A stretch of DNA of 57,621 nt from NCBI GenBank assembly GCA_022773305.1, contig JALFAW010000309.1:1-57621 (forward strand), in the 5' to 3' direction. This document shows, in pieces, positions 28,635 to 38,216 of the stretch (position 1 is the stretch's first letter; each line of letters starts with the position of its first letter). A program made the position numbers and the translations under genes. Under the pieces are notes generated by a model. It was not told where the DNA came from. It was given only the letters and a program-made list of their open reading frames with translations, and ran no database searches. The stretch comes from Spirochaetia bacterium. GTDB taxonomy: Bacteria > Spirochaetota > Spirochaetia > Treponematales > Treponemataceae.

Positions 28635-30188
28635 TTAAAATTTTTTAATTTTTTCGAAAAATGGGACGTATTTTTTTTCTATTACATTTTTCCATAAATA
28701 TTCTTTATAAATATAATCTGACGCTTTTTTAATCATTGAAATGATGCGTTCTGGTTTTAGTTTTTTTATCATTATTACTTCTGTGAGTTTTACTGTTAAT
28801 GATTCTGGAGTGTTATCGTTATAGAGGAAACCTGTCTTATTATCAATAATTTTGTTCAGTCCGCCAGTTTTATGTGCAATCGGTAGAGTTCCATAAGACT
28901 GCGCAATAAAATCTTCAAGTCCGCATGGCTCAAAGAAACTTGGCAATACCATAAAATCGCAAGAAGCTGTAGCGAGTCTGACAACTTTTTGATTATAACC
29001 ATTTATGAAAAAAACTCTTTGTGGATATTTTTTTGTTAATTCAATTATTTTATTTTCTAATTCTGATTCACCTTGTCCTGCTATAACAAAATTTACGTCA
29101 TCAAAATTATTAATGATGTAAGGAATTGTATCTGTAAGGACAGAAATTCCTTTTTGTGTAGTTATTCTACCATGATAAGCGATAAATATTCCGTCTTTTT
29201 GTGATATTGAACCATATTTTTTTATTCCAGTTGTATCAAAATTGTCCGATTGCACAATATTTTGTAAAAAATAATCACGGCAAAGAAATTTTCCTTTTAA
29301 ATTTTTGGAAGAAGGATCAAATTCGTAAGGAAGTTTTGAAAAGTTTTTATCTTTTGGATTATAGCGTTCGAAATCAAAACCATTTGTAATTCCAGTGATT
29401 TTTATTTTTTTTGATGCAAAAATAGTAGAAAGTCCGTCTGTTTGATTATAAAATGCAGGATTTACAAGTTCATTTGCATATTCTGGGGAAACAGTTGTGA
29501 GTTTTGCATTTGAATTTGCAGCAATCAAAAAAGGCTCAACTTTATTATTATTCATTGAATTTTTTAAAAGTTTGATTGGAAGAGAGGTAAAATATTCTGC
29601 CTGTTCCAGATTTTTAAATTCATGATGATAAAACGGTCCTGCATTATGAATTGTAACTACAAACCGTGGAAGTTGTAGTTTTGGAATGTTCAAAAAAAAG
29701 GCTGGTAAAATAGCTGTGGAAGCATCCTGGCAGTGGATAATTTGGGGTAGTTTTTCATCTTGATTATGAATAAAATATTCGAATACTGATTTTTGGAAAA
29801 GGACATCCATAAAATGAGAATCAAGATGTCCTTTTCCTTTTATAAAATCAGGATTATTCTTCTGTTCATTTTCTGTATATGTATAAACTGCTTCTTTTTC
29901 GGAAAAACATTTGTGATTTACAAGAATAACTTGAAAATTTCCTTCAGAAAAAACAGCTTTAGTGTATGATATACTTTCCTTTTTATCACAAAAATCTATT
30001 TGCAAAGAAAAGAAATCCTTTTTAATATCATGAAGTAAATCTAATTGAGTACATTTAAAAGCGGGAATAAATAGTGTTACATTGTGACCTAAAAGTGAAA
30101 ACTCCTTGCACAAAGAATAAGTGACATTTTTTACTCCACCCGCTTCTGCAATTCCCGCACACTCCATGCTGACACACCAAAGATTCAT
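28635..30188 (-). CDS. glgA: Glycogen/starch synthase (GT5)
   Basis: EAGGV (KxGGL position), HCQD, TIHN, TVSPEYA, GITNG, GRITTQKG, PSFFEPCGL, TGGL; ATG 30188 follows a GGAGG RBS. Confidence 0.88.
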   Translation of the reverse strand: MNLWCVSMECAGIAEAGGVKNVTYSLCKEFSLLGHNVTLFIPAFKCTQLDLLHDIKKDFFSLQIDFCDKKESISYTKAVFSEGNFQVILVNHKCFSEKEAVYTYTENEQKNNPDFIKGKGHLDSHFMDVLFQKSVFEYFIHNQDEKLPQIIHCQDASTAILPAFFLNIPKLQLPRFVVTIHNAGPFYHHEFKNLEQAEYFTSLPIKLLKNSMNNNKVEPFLIAANSNAKLTTVSPEYANELVNPAFYNQTDGLSTIFASKKIKITGITNGFDFERYNPKDKNFSKLPYEFDPSSKNLKGKFLCRDYFLQNIVQSDNFDTTGIKKYGSISQKDGIFIAYHGRITTQKGISVLTDTIPYIINNFDDVNFVIAGQGESELENKIIELTKKYPQRVFFINGYNQKVVRLATASCDFMVLPSFFEPCGLEDFIAQSYGTLPIAHKTGGLNKIIDNKTGFLYNDNTPESLTVKLTEVIMIKKLKPERIISMIKKASDYIYKEYLWKNVIEKKYVPFFEKIKKF

Positions 30189-30211
30189 TTTTCCTCCAAA
30201 TAGGGTTATAT

Positions 30212-30907
30212 TCACTCTTGTTCTTCTTCATTTTGTAAGTTTGAATTTATTTCAGTGTTTAATTCAATAGAATTTTCGAAAAAACGAAACTTTAGTTTAT
30301 CGTAAAGTTCGAAATCCGGTACTTTTGAAGAAACCAAAGAAAAATTCATGAGTTCTATTAATGGACAGTCTTCATAAAACTTTATTTCACGAAGTAATTC
30401 ATCTCGTTTTACAGATTCAAGGCGGAAATTAGGATTATCTTGAATCTTTTTAAGATAAAAACTTGCAGCTAATTGTGCAATCGTATCAGCACAATTAGAA
30501 ATATATTGAGATAAATCATTTTGTGTTGTAATTTTATTTTCTTTTAAAAGGGTTATAACATTTTGTTCCGAAACTGTGAGTGACATAGAAAATTCAAAAG
30601 AATAATCAAACGTTTCTTTGTGATTAAATGAAGCATAAAATTCACCTGATGGTAAAGTTCCTTTGATTTGTTTTGTGACAAAAATTGGTTGAACTGAAAA
30701 AGTTTTGAGAATGGCATTTGTGGGTAACAAAAACTGCCAATACCATGAAAACTCACCATTTTGTATTGGAGTTTCATCTATCCCATTTGTTTTGGAAATA
30801 ACGACACCGAATTCTCCAGGTTTTACCCGATATTGCGTCCAACCAAAAAAGAAAACAAAAGCAGAAAAAATGATTAATATAAAAAGCGAAATAAAAAAAT
30901 TCTTCAT
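30212..30907 (-). CDS. Membrane-anchored hypothetical protein (SPFH-like N-terminus)
   Basis: N-terminal TM followed by VKPGEFGVVISKTNG, reminiscent of band-7 starts. Confidence 0.6.
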   Translation of the reverse strand: MKNFFISLFILIIFSAFVFFFGWTQYRVKPGEFGVVISKTNGIDETPIQNGEFSWYWQFLLPTNAILKTFSVQPIFVTKQIKGTLPSGEFYASFNHKETFDYSFEFSMSLTVSEQNVITLLKENKITTQNDLSQYISNCADTIAQLAASFYLKKIQDNPNFRLESVKRDELLREIKFYEDCPLIELMNFSLVSSKVPDFELYDKLKFRFFENSIELNTEINSNLQNEEEQE

Positions 30908-30988
30908 GGACTTAAACCAATTTTTGCAATATATTATAACAAGCGGACTTCAAAAAATCAATTTCAAGTTTCAATAATTCAAATAAAA

Positions 30989-31363
30989 ATGGATAAATAC
31001 AGATTTAAATATTCAAAAAAAATAATCTCAAATTTAATTGTTTATAAAGTAAGTATGACAGTTGATTTTGTTTTTTTTCTTTTTGAGATAATTTTATTAT
31101 TGCTATATTTTATTGGTAATTATCAAAACTTTCAGGATTCCAGTCAGCAGTTCATTTTAAAAATTCTATTTTTTTCATCCATCTTTACAAGTATTTTCTC
31201 CTTTTTACTTTTGATTGAAAGCATAATTAAAATTTTCAGTGAAAAACAGAAAGGAAAGAGCATTATTAATTCAATTTTTCTCATAATATCTATTATTTTT
31301 AGCATATTTAGTATGGAATTTTCAAATATTATAATGTATCTTTCTGAAGGATTGAATCTATGA
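30989..31363 (+). CDS. Hypothetical 3-TM membrane protein
   Basis: Hydrophobic ORF with ATGA overlap to the cca gene. Confidence 0.7.
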   Translation: MDKYRFKYSKKIISNLIVYKVSMTVDFVFFLFEIILLLLYFIGNYQNFQDSSQQFILKILFFSSIFTSIFSFLLLIESIIKIFSEKQKGKSIINSIFLIISIIFSIFSMEFSNIIMYLSEGLNL

Positions 31364-32799
31364 TTTTGAATTTACTGAGAAATATCTTTAAGAAAATCTC
31401 ACTTCCTCAGATTTTAATTGATTTTTATAAAGTTTTTGAACAAAATGGATTTGAAGCATATCTTGTTGGCGGTGCAGTCCGTGATATTTGTTTAAATAAA
31501 AAGGCTTCTGATTGGGATGTGGCTACTAATGCAACTCCTCAGGATGTAATGAAGATGTTTAAGTTTGTTGTGCCAACAGGATTTGAACATGGTACTGTAA
31601 CAGTGCATTTTCATAAAGTTGAAATTGAAGTGACAACTTTTAGAACTGAATCAGGATATTCAGATGCACGTCATCCTGATAGTATTAATTATGCAGCAAC
31701 AATTGAAGAAGATTTAGCTCGGCGTGATTTTACAATGAATGCGATTGCAGTAAATCTGAAAAACGGCAGATTAACTGACCCATATCATGGGCAAAAAGAT
31801 ATAAAAAAGAAGCTGATTAGAACAGTTGGAAATCCATACGAAAGATTTATGGAAGATGGACTTCGTCCAATCAGAGCTTTACGTTTTGCTTCTAAACTAG
31901 ATTTCAAGATAGAAGAAAACACTTATAATTCAATTTTTGACAAAAAAATACAAGAAAAAGTGTTATCTATTTCGATTGAACGTTTTCGAGATGAATTTGT
32001 AAAAATCCTTCAATCAAAAAAGCCGTCTGTTGGTTTAAAACTTATGGAAAAAACAGGAATTTTAACACTTTTTATTCCTGAACTTTCAAAATGTCGTGGT
32101 GTTATTCAAAGTGACTATAGAGGATTTCATAAATTTGATGTTTTAGATCATCTTTTTTATGCTTGTGATGGTGCTGTTCAAGAAAAATTAAATGTAAGGC
32201 TTGCTGCTTTATTTCATGATATTGGAAAACCAGAAGCAAAAAAAATTGTCACACAACAGGAGTTCAATGTTAAAACCGGCAAAAATGAGAATGTTGAAAC
32301 TATCACTTTTTATAATCATGAAAAAATCAGCAGGGATATAACTGAAAAAGTTCTGACAAGACTAAAATTTTCTAACGATATGATAAAAAATGTGTGTCAT
32401 CTTGTAAATGAACATATGTTTCATTATGAAAAAAACTGGACAAATGCAGCTGTCAGACGTTTTATTATCAGAGTAAAACCTGAAAATCTTGAAGATTTAT
32501 TTGATTTGCGACTTTCAGATATGTATGGAATGTGGAATCAAAAAGTTGAAATCAAATATAGTGCCAGTATTGGTTTGCTTTTGGAACTTAAAGAACGAAT
32601 CAAAAGCGAATTAGAAAAACAGAATGCACTTTCATTAAAAAGTTTAAAAGTAAACGGTAATGATTTGATTGAGCAGAATATCGCTTTTGGAAAAAAGATT
32701 GGGGAAGTTTTAAATCATCTTTTGGAATGCGTGATTGAAGATCCTGAACTAAATGATAAAGAAAAGCTTTTAAGAATTGCCAGGTCTTATGTGAATTAA
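31360..32799 (+). CDS. cca: CCA tRNA nucleotidyltransferase with HD domain
   Basis: LVGGAVRD..DWDVAT, EVTTFR, EDLARRDFTMNA, EDGLRPIRALRF, ERFRDE, HDIGKP. Confidence 0.92.
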   Translation: MILNLLRNIFKKISLPQILIDFYKVFEQNGFEAYLVGGAVRDICLNKKASDWDVATNATPQDVMKMFKFVVPTGFEHGTVTVHFHKVEIEVTTFRTESGYSDARHPDSINYAATIEEDLARRDFTMNAIAVNLKNGRLTDPYHGQKDIKKKLIRTVGNPYERFMEDGLRPIRALRFASKLDFKIEENTYNSIFDKKIQEKVLSISIERFRDEFVKILQSKKPSVGLKLMEKTGILTLFIPELSKCRGVIQSDYRGFHKFDVLDHLFYACDGAVQEKLNVRLAALFHDIGKPEAKKIVTQQEFNVKTGKNENVETITFYNHEKISRDITEKVLTRLKFSNDMIKNVCHLVNEHMFHYEKNWTNAAVRRFIIRVKPENLEDLFDLRLSDMYGMWNQKVEIKYSASIGLLLELKERIKSELEKQNALSLKSLKVNGNDLIEQNIAFGKKIGEVLNHLLECVIEDPELNDKEKLLRIARSYVN

Positions 32800-32855
32800 C
32801 GCACACGTTTGCACAGAACACTTTGACAAATACTCTGCAAAATGTTACAAATGGT

Positions 32856-32884
32856 TTGACAAATATAGTCATTTTTTATATAAT
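32856..32884 (+). promoter_or_regulatory. Consensus sigma70 promoter of tRNA-Leu
   Basis: TTGACA (32856-32861), 17 bp, TATAAT (32879-32884), ending 15 bp before the tRNA. Confidence 0.85.
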
Positions 32885-32899
32885 TATTTAAATTGTTTT

Positions 32900-32983
32900 G
32901 CCCGGATGGCGGAATTGGTAGACGCGCTTGGTTCAGGTCCAAGTGAAAGCAATTTCATAGGAGTTCAAGTCTCCTTTCGGGTA
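32900..32983 (+). tRNA. tRNA-Leu (CAG), CCA not encoded
   Basis: GCCCGGA..TTCGGGTA acceptor stem, GGCGGAATTGGTAGACGC, CTTGG-TTCAGGT-CCAAG, long variable arm, GTTCAAGTC. Confidence 0.97.
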
Positions 32984-33736
32984 TTCAAATTCTATTTTTG
33001 TTGCAGTGAACGATAAATCATCTTCAATTTGAGGGTGATTTTTTTTTGTTACATCTTCCTTTTGTGAATTTTCGTACATTAATTTTGTTTTGTAGTTATA
33101 AAGTTTATCGTTTTGAATCGGAAGACCAATCCAACCAAGGTGACAACGCACTTGATGACGAAACCCTTGAGAAATCTTACATTCGACAAGACAGAAATCT
33201 TTATGTTTTTGTAAAATCGTAACATTTGTAGTGTAATTTTTTTTAGTACCCACTTTCTTTTGCACTGCCAGCGGAGATTTTGAAGTTACTGGGCGCACTT
33301 CTTTGTTTCCTTTTGAAAAACTTCTGAAAAAAGATTCTATCTTGTAAGTTCTATGGATATCAATATTTGAGGAAATCCTGTTTTCTGGAAAACCGCCCAA
33401 CATTTTTGCATTTTCCATCAGAATATCGCATTTTGCAGAATAGTGTTTGACAATATTTCCAAGTTTTTGTTGTTCAAAAAGAAAATCATAACATTCTTGT
33501 GTCGTGCAGATAAGCAGAAGCCCGTCTGTTGCTGTGTCAAGACGATGTAAAAGACCGTATTCGATTTGTTTTTTCCCGATGACATTTTGAATTTCTGGAA
33601 ACAATTGGATTGCCTGTGAAAGGGCGTTATTTTTATCATTTTCATTCAATGGTGCAGAAGGCAGATTTTTTGGTTTATAAATAACGAGAAATGGTTTATT
33701 TTTATCTGGTTCAAAAATGATTTTAATTTTATCCAT
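32933..33736 (-). CDS. RluA-family pseudouridine synthase (no S4 domain); 3' end overlaps tRNA-Leu antisense
   Basis: YKPKNL, LHRLDTATDGLLL (catalytic Asp), GFRHQVRCHL..LPIQNDKLY. Confidence 0.9.
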   Translation of the reverse strand: MDKIKIIFEPDKNKPFLVIYKPKNLPSAPLNENDKNNALSQAIQLFPEIQNVIGKKQIEYGLLHRLDTATDGLLLICTTQECYDFLFEQQKLGNIVKHYSAKCDILMENAKMLGGFPENRISSNIDIHRTYKIESFFRSFSKGNKEVRPVTSKSPLAVQKKVGTKKNYTTNVTILQKHKDFCLVECKISQGFRHQVRCHLGWIGLPIQNDKLYNYKTKLMYENSQKEDVTKKNHPQIEDDLSFTATKIEFEYPKGDLNSYEIAFTWT

Positions 33737-33739
33737 ATT

Positions 33740-34768
33740 TTAATCGATAACAATTTTTGGAAACATTTTTTTTAGTTTTTTTTCTATTTCGATAAACCTT
33801 TGTGGAGTTCTTGTTCTAAATATAGTAAAACCATCACCTTTAGAAGTTTCAGCACAGTGTGCAAAATCTGACTGATTGTTTGTTTCTGTATTCAGAAAGT
33901 TAGGTAATCTGATTTTTAACTGAACTGAATGAAGCATTAGCGTGGCGTTAGGAAAATTCTTGTCAGGTTTATTGTAAATGGAATCTCCAAGAATTGGACA
34001 GCCCAAATATTTCATGTGAACACGAATCTGATGCGTTCTTCCAGTTTTGATTCGAACTCTCATCAGCGAATAATTTCCATAACACGCAATACAATGATAG
34101 ATTGTCCTGGCAAATTTTCCCTGTTGTGTATCATCAACTGCTTTAAAACGATGACGATTTTTTGGATCTCTGATGATTTGAGTGCGTATATCTCCCGTTC
34201 TTTTTGGAGGACGACCAGTGCAGATTAATATATATTCTTTTTGAAGTGATTTTTCTTTAAATTGTTTTTGTAAAAATTCTTCTGAATCACGATTTTTTGC
34301 TGTTATAATGATGCCGGAAGTTTCTTTGTCTAGTCTGTGTACTATTCCGGGGCGGCGTCTTTCAAGAATTTCAGAAGCACTTCCCTCTTTCAGTTGAGAA
34401 ACAGCTTTCCTTCCCCAGTGATACAAAAGAGCATTTACGAGTGTACCGTTCCAGTTTCCACAGGCCGGATGAGTCACCATTCCCTGTTTTTTGTTCACAA
34501 CTGTAACATTTTCATCTTCATAAATAATATCAAGCGGAAGGTTTTCAGGTTCAATATCATCTGGAATGTTATCTTCCCATTGAATGTCTATTTGGTCTGA
34601 AGCCTGGACTTTTGCAGAAAGTTTTACCTTTTTTCCATTGATTAGAATTTCTGTAACTCCGCTCTTTAGTTTTGATCTGTTCATTCCATTTGGAAGGGAT
34701 GCAATGAATTTATCCAGACGGATTGAACCTTCAAAATCTGCAGGAACTTTTTCACTGAAAAAAGGCAT
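33740..34768 (-). CDS. rluD: RluD-like 23S rRNA pseudouridine synthase (S4 domain + RluA core)
   Basis: RLDKFI S4 domain, NKKQGMVTHP, RPGIVHRLDKETSG, TGRTHQIRVHM..GDSIY; ATG 34768 overlaps the upstream stop (TAATG). Confidence 0.85.
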   Translation of the reverse strand: MPFFSEKVPADFEGSIRLDKFIASLPNGMNRSKLKSGVTEILINGKKVKLSAKVQASDQIDIQWEDNIPDDIEPENLPLDIIYEDENVTVVNKKQGMVTHPACGNWNGTLVNALLYHWGRKAVSQLKEGSASEILERRRPGIVHRLDKETSGIIITAKNRDSEEFLQKQFKEKSLQKEYILICTGRPPKRTGDIRTQIIRDPKNRHRFKAVDDTQQGKFARTIYHCIACYGNYSLMRVRIKTGRTHQIRVHMKYLGCPILGDSIYNKPDKNFPNATLMLHSVQLKIRLPNFLNTETNNQSDFAHCAETSKGDGFTIFRTRTPQRFIEIEKKLKKMFPKIVID

Positions 34769-35337
34769 TATTCTACAACCTCCCATACTTCATCTTCTGA
34801 AGAATTCAAAAATTCATCCTGAAACTGTTCATTTTCATCTTCTGATGACTGCTCAGGAAAATCTATATCATCATTTTTATCAATATTAATTTGAGTTGCC
34901 GTTTCATCTTGACCCAGCGGTGTAATGATAATGCTTTGATTCAAAAGCTTTTCCCTCTTTTTTTTGTTTGAACGTTTTACAAGATTGATAATATAATCTG
35001 TTAAACCAATACTTATAGAAATTCCAATTGAAGTAAGCAGAATTCCAACTTGTTCATCGGTGGAATATGTTGAAGTTGCAAAAGGATTTGGAGAATATGC
35101 AGAATCAAATCCGTTATTTGCCCATCTGATTCCAGAATATACAATTCCTGCATTAAGTGTCACAAAAGGAAGTGAACCCAAAGTGATGATTTCAAATCGT
35201 CGTAAATCTTTTAATCCTTGTGGCATAGACGAACTGTCATATTCAAGCGGTGTTGTGTTTTCTGAAAACACTGGAATTGTTGAATTCAAAATGAGAGAAA
35301 AAAGTAAGATTTTCAGAATTATCGATTTTCTTTTCAT
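34768..35337 (-). CDS. Hypothetical membrane protein with acidic tail
   Basis: Signal-like N-terminus, LRRFEIITLGSLPF, two hydrophobic segments; coupled within the operon. Confidence 0.75.
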   Translation of the reverse strand: MKRKSIILKILLFSLILNSTIPVFSENTTPLEYDSSSMPQGLKDLRRFEIITLGSLPFVTLNAGIVYSGIRWANNGFDSAYSPNPFATSTYSTDEQVGILLTSIGISISIGLTDYIINLVKRSNKKKREKLLNQSIIITPLGQDETATQINIDKNDDIDFPEQSSEDENEQFQDEFLNSSEDEVWEVVE

Positions 35338-36044
35338 CTGGAATAATCCCTTTCTCCAAAAATTGAAGTACCAACACGAACAATTGTAGAACCTTCTTCA
35401 ATCGCAATTTCAAAGTCATTTGACATTCCCATTGAAAGTTCAGAAAGGTCCAGATTTGGAAACTCATTTTTCATTTTTTCAGACAGAGTTCGCAGTGCTA
35501 TAAAAGATTTTCTGATTAATCGCTCATCTTCTGTAAATGGAGCCATCGTCATAAATCCTTTTGCCGTGATGTGTGGAAAATCGTTCTGACTGCAAGCCTT
35601 CAGAGATTCAAAAAGTAGTTTTTCTGAATCATATCCAGATTTTGAATCTTCTGCCGTATGAATTTCAAATAAAATCTGAATCTTTTTTTCTATTTTTGCA
35701 CACTGTTTTTCTATTTCCTGCAAAAGTTCAATTCTGTCAACTGATTCTATGCAGTCTGCGATTTTTACTATCTGTTTAACTTTGTTTGATTGTAGCTGTC
35801 CAATCTGATGAAGACTTATTTTATTTTTAAATCCTTCAAAACTTGGGTCGGTAAATTTTTGAACAGCTTCCTGGACTCTATTTTCGCCAAACAAAAACTG
35901 TCCTTGTTCAACAGCTTCGATAATCTGTGAAATTGGATGAAATTTACTAACCGCCATCAGTTTTACTGAATTTTCAGACCGTCCTGATTTTTTTTCGGCG
36001 ATTTTTATCCTGTTTTTTATTTTTTCTAAGTTTTCTTTTATCAT
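35334..36044 (-). CDS. yggS: PLP homeostasis protein YggS/PROSC
   Basis: AVSK, FGENRVQE, IGQLQSNK, LSMGMSNDFEIAIEEGSTIVRVGT. Confidence 0.95.
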   Translation of the reverse strand: MIKENLEKIKNRIKIAEKKSGRSENSVKLMAVSKFHPISQIIEAVEQGQFLFGENRVQEAVQKFTDPSFEGFKNKISLHQIGQLQSNKVKQIVKIADCIESVDRIELLQEIEKQCAKIEKKIQILFEIHTAEDSKSGYDSEKLLFESLKACSQNDFPHITAKGFMTMAPFTEDERLIRKSFIALRTLSEKMKNEFPNLDLSELSMGMSNDFEIAIEEGSTIVRVGTSIFGERDYSR

Positions 36045-36910
36045 TTTTCACCTGTTTTCTGATTTATTATATCAGAAAGTTTTAATAACTGTTCAATTGT
36101 CAAAACTTCAGCTCTTTTCATTATATCAATATCTGCAAGATTTAAACATTCCACTGCAAGTTCATTATTTTTTAAAAACTGCGACAGGTTATTTCTGACA
36201 GTTTTTCTTCTTGAACTGAATAAAGCTCTTTGCATTTTTATAAAAAGCGAGGGATTTTCGCAGGATGGAAAATCTGTTTTTTTTGTGAATAAGACAGCTC
36301 TAGAATCAACATTTGGCTTAGGCCAGAAATTTCCGCCCGACAAGTCAATTACATTCTGTAAATCGTAAGCCCACTGGCACAAAACAGAAAAAGAAGAATA
36401 ATCAGATTGACCAGGTTTTGCAGTCATTCTCTGGGCAACTTCTTTTTGTACAGTAAAAACACACCGTTCAAATCTGACATTATTTTCAATGGTATCAGCG
36501 ATAATTGTTGCAGCAATGTTATAGGGAAGGTTTCCAAAAAATCTGTCTGGAATCTTTGTTTTTTCAAGATGATTTTTCCAGGTTTTTAACACATCTCCTT
36601 CCACAAGAAAAAACTTATCTTTTTTTGCAAAATCTTCAAAATAATTTGAAATCAATGATGCAAAGCCCTTGTCTATTTCAAAAACTGTTAATTCTGCATT
36701 TCGCTCAAGAATTTCAAATGTCATTGCTCCAAGACCAGGTCCAACTTCCCAAACGCTAGTGTTTTCATCCACCTGAAGAGTATCAATGAGTTTTTTTCGT
36801 GCTTCAGAATTAATCAAAAAATTTTGACCGAATTTTTTCTGCATTGAAAAACCGTTTATGTCAAGAACCTGCTTTAATTCTGCAGGTGAATTATAATCTG
36901 GATGTTTCAT
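36041..36910 (-). CDS. rsmA: 16S rRNA dimethyladenosine transferase
   Basis: KKFGQNFL, EVGPGLG, EID, GNLPYNI, QKEVAQR, FWPKPNVDS. Confidence 0.96.
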   Translation of the reverse strand: MKHPDYNSPAELKQVLDINGFSMQKKFGQNFLINSEARKKLIDTLQVDENTSVWEVGPGLGAMTFEILERNAELTVFEIDKGFASLISNYFEDFAKKDKFFLVEGDVLKTWKNHLEKTKIPDRFFGNLPYNIAATIIADTIENNVRFERCVFTVQKEVAQRMTAKPGQSDYSSFSVLCQWAYDLQNVIDLSGGNFWPKPNVDSRAVLFTKKTDFPSCENPSLFIKMQRALFSSRRKTVRNNLSQFLKNNELAVECLNLADIDIMKRAEVLTIEQLLKLSDIINQKTGEK

Positions 36911-36959
36911 ATCTTTCCTTTGGAAAAAAATTATTAACTGAAATTTTTTCGAGATAAAA

Positions 36960-38216
36960 TTAATTAATTTTTATGTACGGAACTTTTGAAAAAAGCATAA
37001 CAAAAAACTTAATTACAGTATACAAAAAATTCATAAAAAATCCACTGAATTTATAAAAGTTTGGAATAATTAAACTCAAAATAATCAAAATAAGTCCACT
37101 GTATATAAAAACTGTAATCATCGGAGAAATCACAGTTGTTGCAACTATTCCAATTGGACTGAATGTTCCAAAAATTTTTAACCCGATTGGAGCTGTGATT
37201 ATTTGAGCTCCAGTGGATGAAGCAAAAGATGATGAAATGAATGAAGGAAATATTTTTGAATAAATTTTATGAAAAAGCTGATTTGTCAAAAGGATTCCAG
37301 CCAATGCGCCATAAGACAACATAAAGCCCACATTGTGAATATCATCAGGAGAAATAAAACTTTGTAAAAGAAAAGAAAAACATAGAATCATTATCATATC
37401 AGGTTTTTCAGTTCCGCAGATTGCTGCAAGTAAACTTAAAACAGTACAGATAAAAGCACGCATCAAAGATGGAGAAAAACCTGCAAACCAGACAAAAAGA
37501 ATGAGAACGATGATTCTTATAAGATATGTAAGACGTTTTCTTCCGATTTTATCTCCACAAAAAATTGCTATTGAAGAAAACATAGAAAGATGCATTCCCG
37601 AAAGTGCCAGAATATGTGAAAGACCAGAAAGTCGAAAAGCCTTTGTTAATTCTGATTCTGTATATTCCCTTGCTCCACTAAGCAGAGCAAGCAGAAGACC
37701 TCCGGCATCTTTCCAGCAATACATCAATCTTTTAAACTGTAATCTACACAATGCTCTGAACTTGCAAACTCTTCCATTTTTGTTGTTTTCCCAAAATGCA
37801 TCTATACATTTTTCTGCATAAAAACCTGATTTTGTATTTTTTCCAAATAATGAATAAATGCCCCCTGTTTCAAACAGAAATGCTCCTTTTTTTTCAGCAG
37901 CACTGTAAAGTTTTCCTGGAAAGTATGCTTCCACACTTTCGCTTGGAATGTACACTTTTATTTTTCCAGATGCAGAAGATTTCATACCAGTTTTATTAGC
38001 AGCTTTCAAAGCAAAACCAGTTGAACTGTAATATTTTCCGTTTTCGCATTTTGAAGGAGATGAAAGGAGTCTGATTTGAATCATACAAACATCATCTGAT
38101 GGAATCAAAGAAACAAATTTGTTTTTTTCAGGAATATTAAATAGACCAGAATAAAAAACAAAAACCAAAATTAAAGAAGCGAGAAAAAAAGGTCTTTTTA
38201 AATAGATTTTCACCAT
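36960..38216 (-). CDS. comEC: ComEC/Rec2 competence-domain membrane protein (no C-terminal MBL domain)
   Basis: GLSHILALSGMH, SPSLMRA, GFMLSY motifs. Confidence 0.85.
   Translation of the reverse strand: MVKIYLKRPFFLASLILVFVFYSGLFNIPEKNKFVSLIPSDDVCMIQIRLLSSPSKCENGKYYSSTGFALKAANKTGMKSSASGKIKVYIPSESVEAYFPGKLYSAAEKKGAFLFETGGIYSLFGKNTKSGFYAEKCIDAFWENNKNGRVCKFRALCRLQFKRLMYCWKDAGGLLLALLSGAREYTESELTKAFRLSGLSHILALSGMHLSMFSSIAIFCGDKIGRKRLTYLIRIIVLILFVWFAGFSPSLMRAFICTVLSLLAAICGTEKPDMIMILCFSFLLQSFISPDDIHNVGFMLSYGALAGILLTNQLFHKIYSKIFPSFISSSFASSTGAQIITAPIGLKIFGTFSPIGIVATTVISPMITVFIYSGLILIILSLIIPNFYKFSGFFMNFLYTVIKFFVMLFSKVPYIKIN

Noticed and set aside
28399-32983. Integrated island at the tRNA genes
   Set aside because: No integrase, no duplicated tRNA 3' end noticed, and flanking genes are housekeeping with uniform composition.
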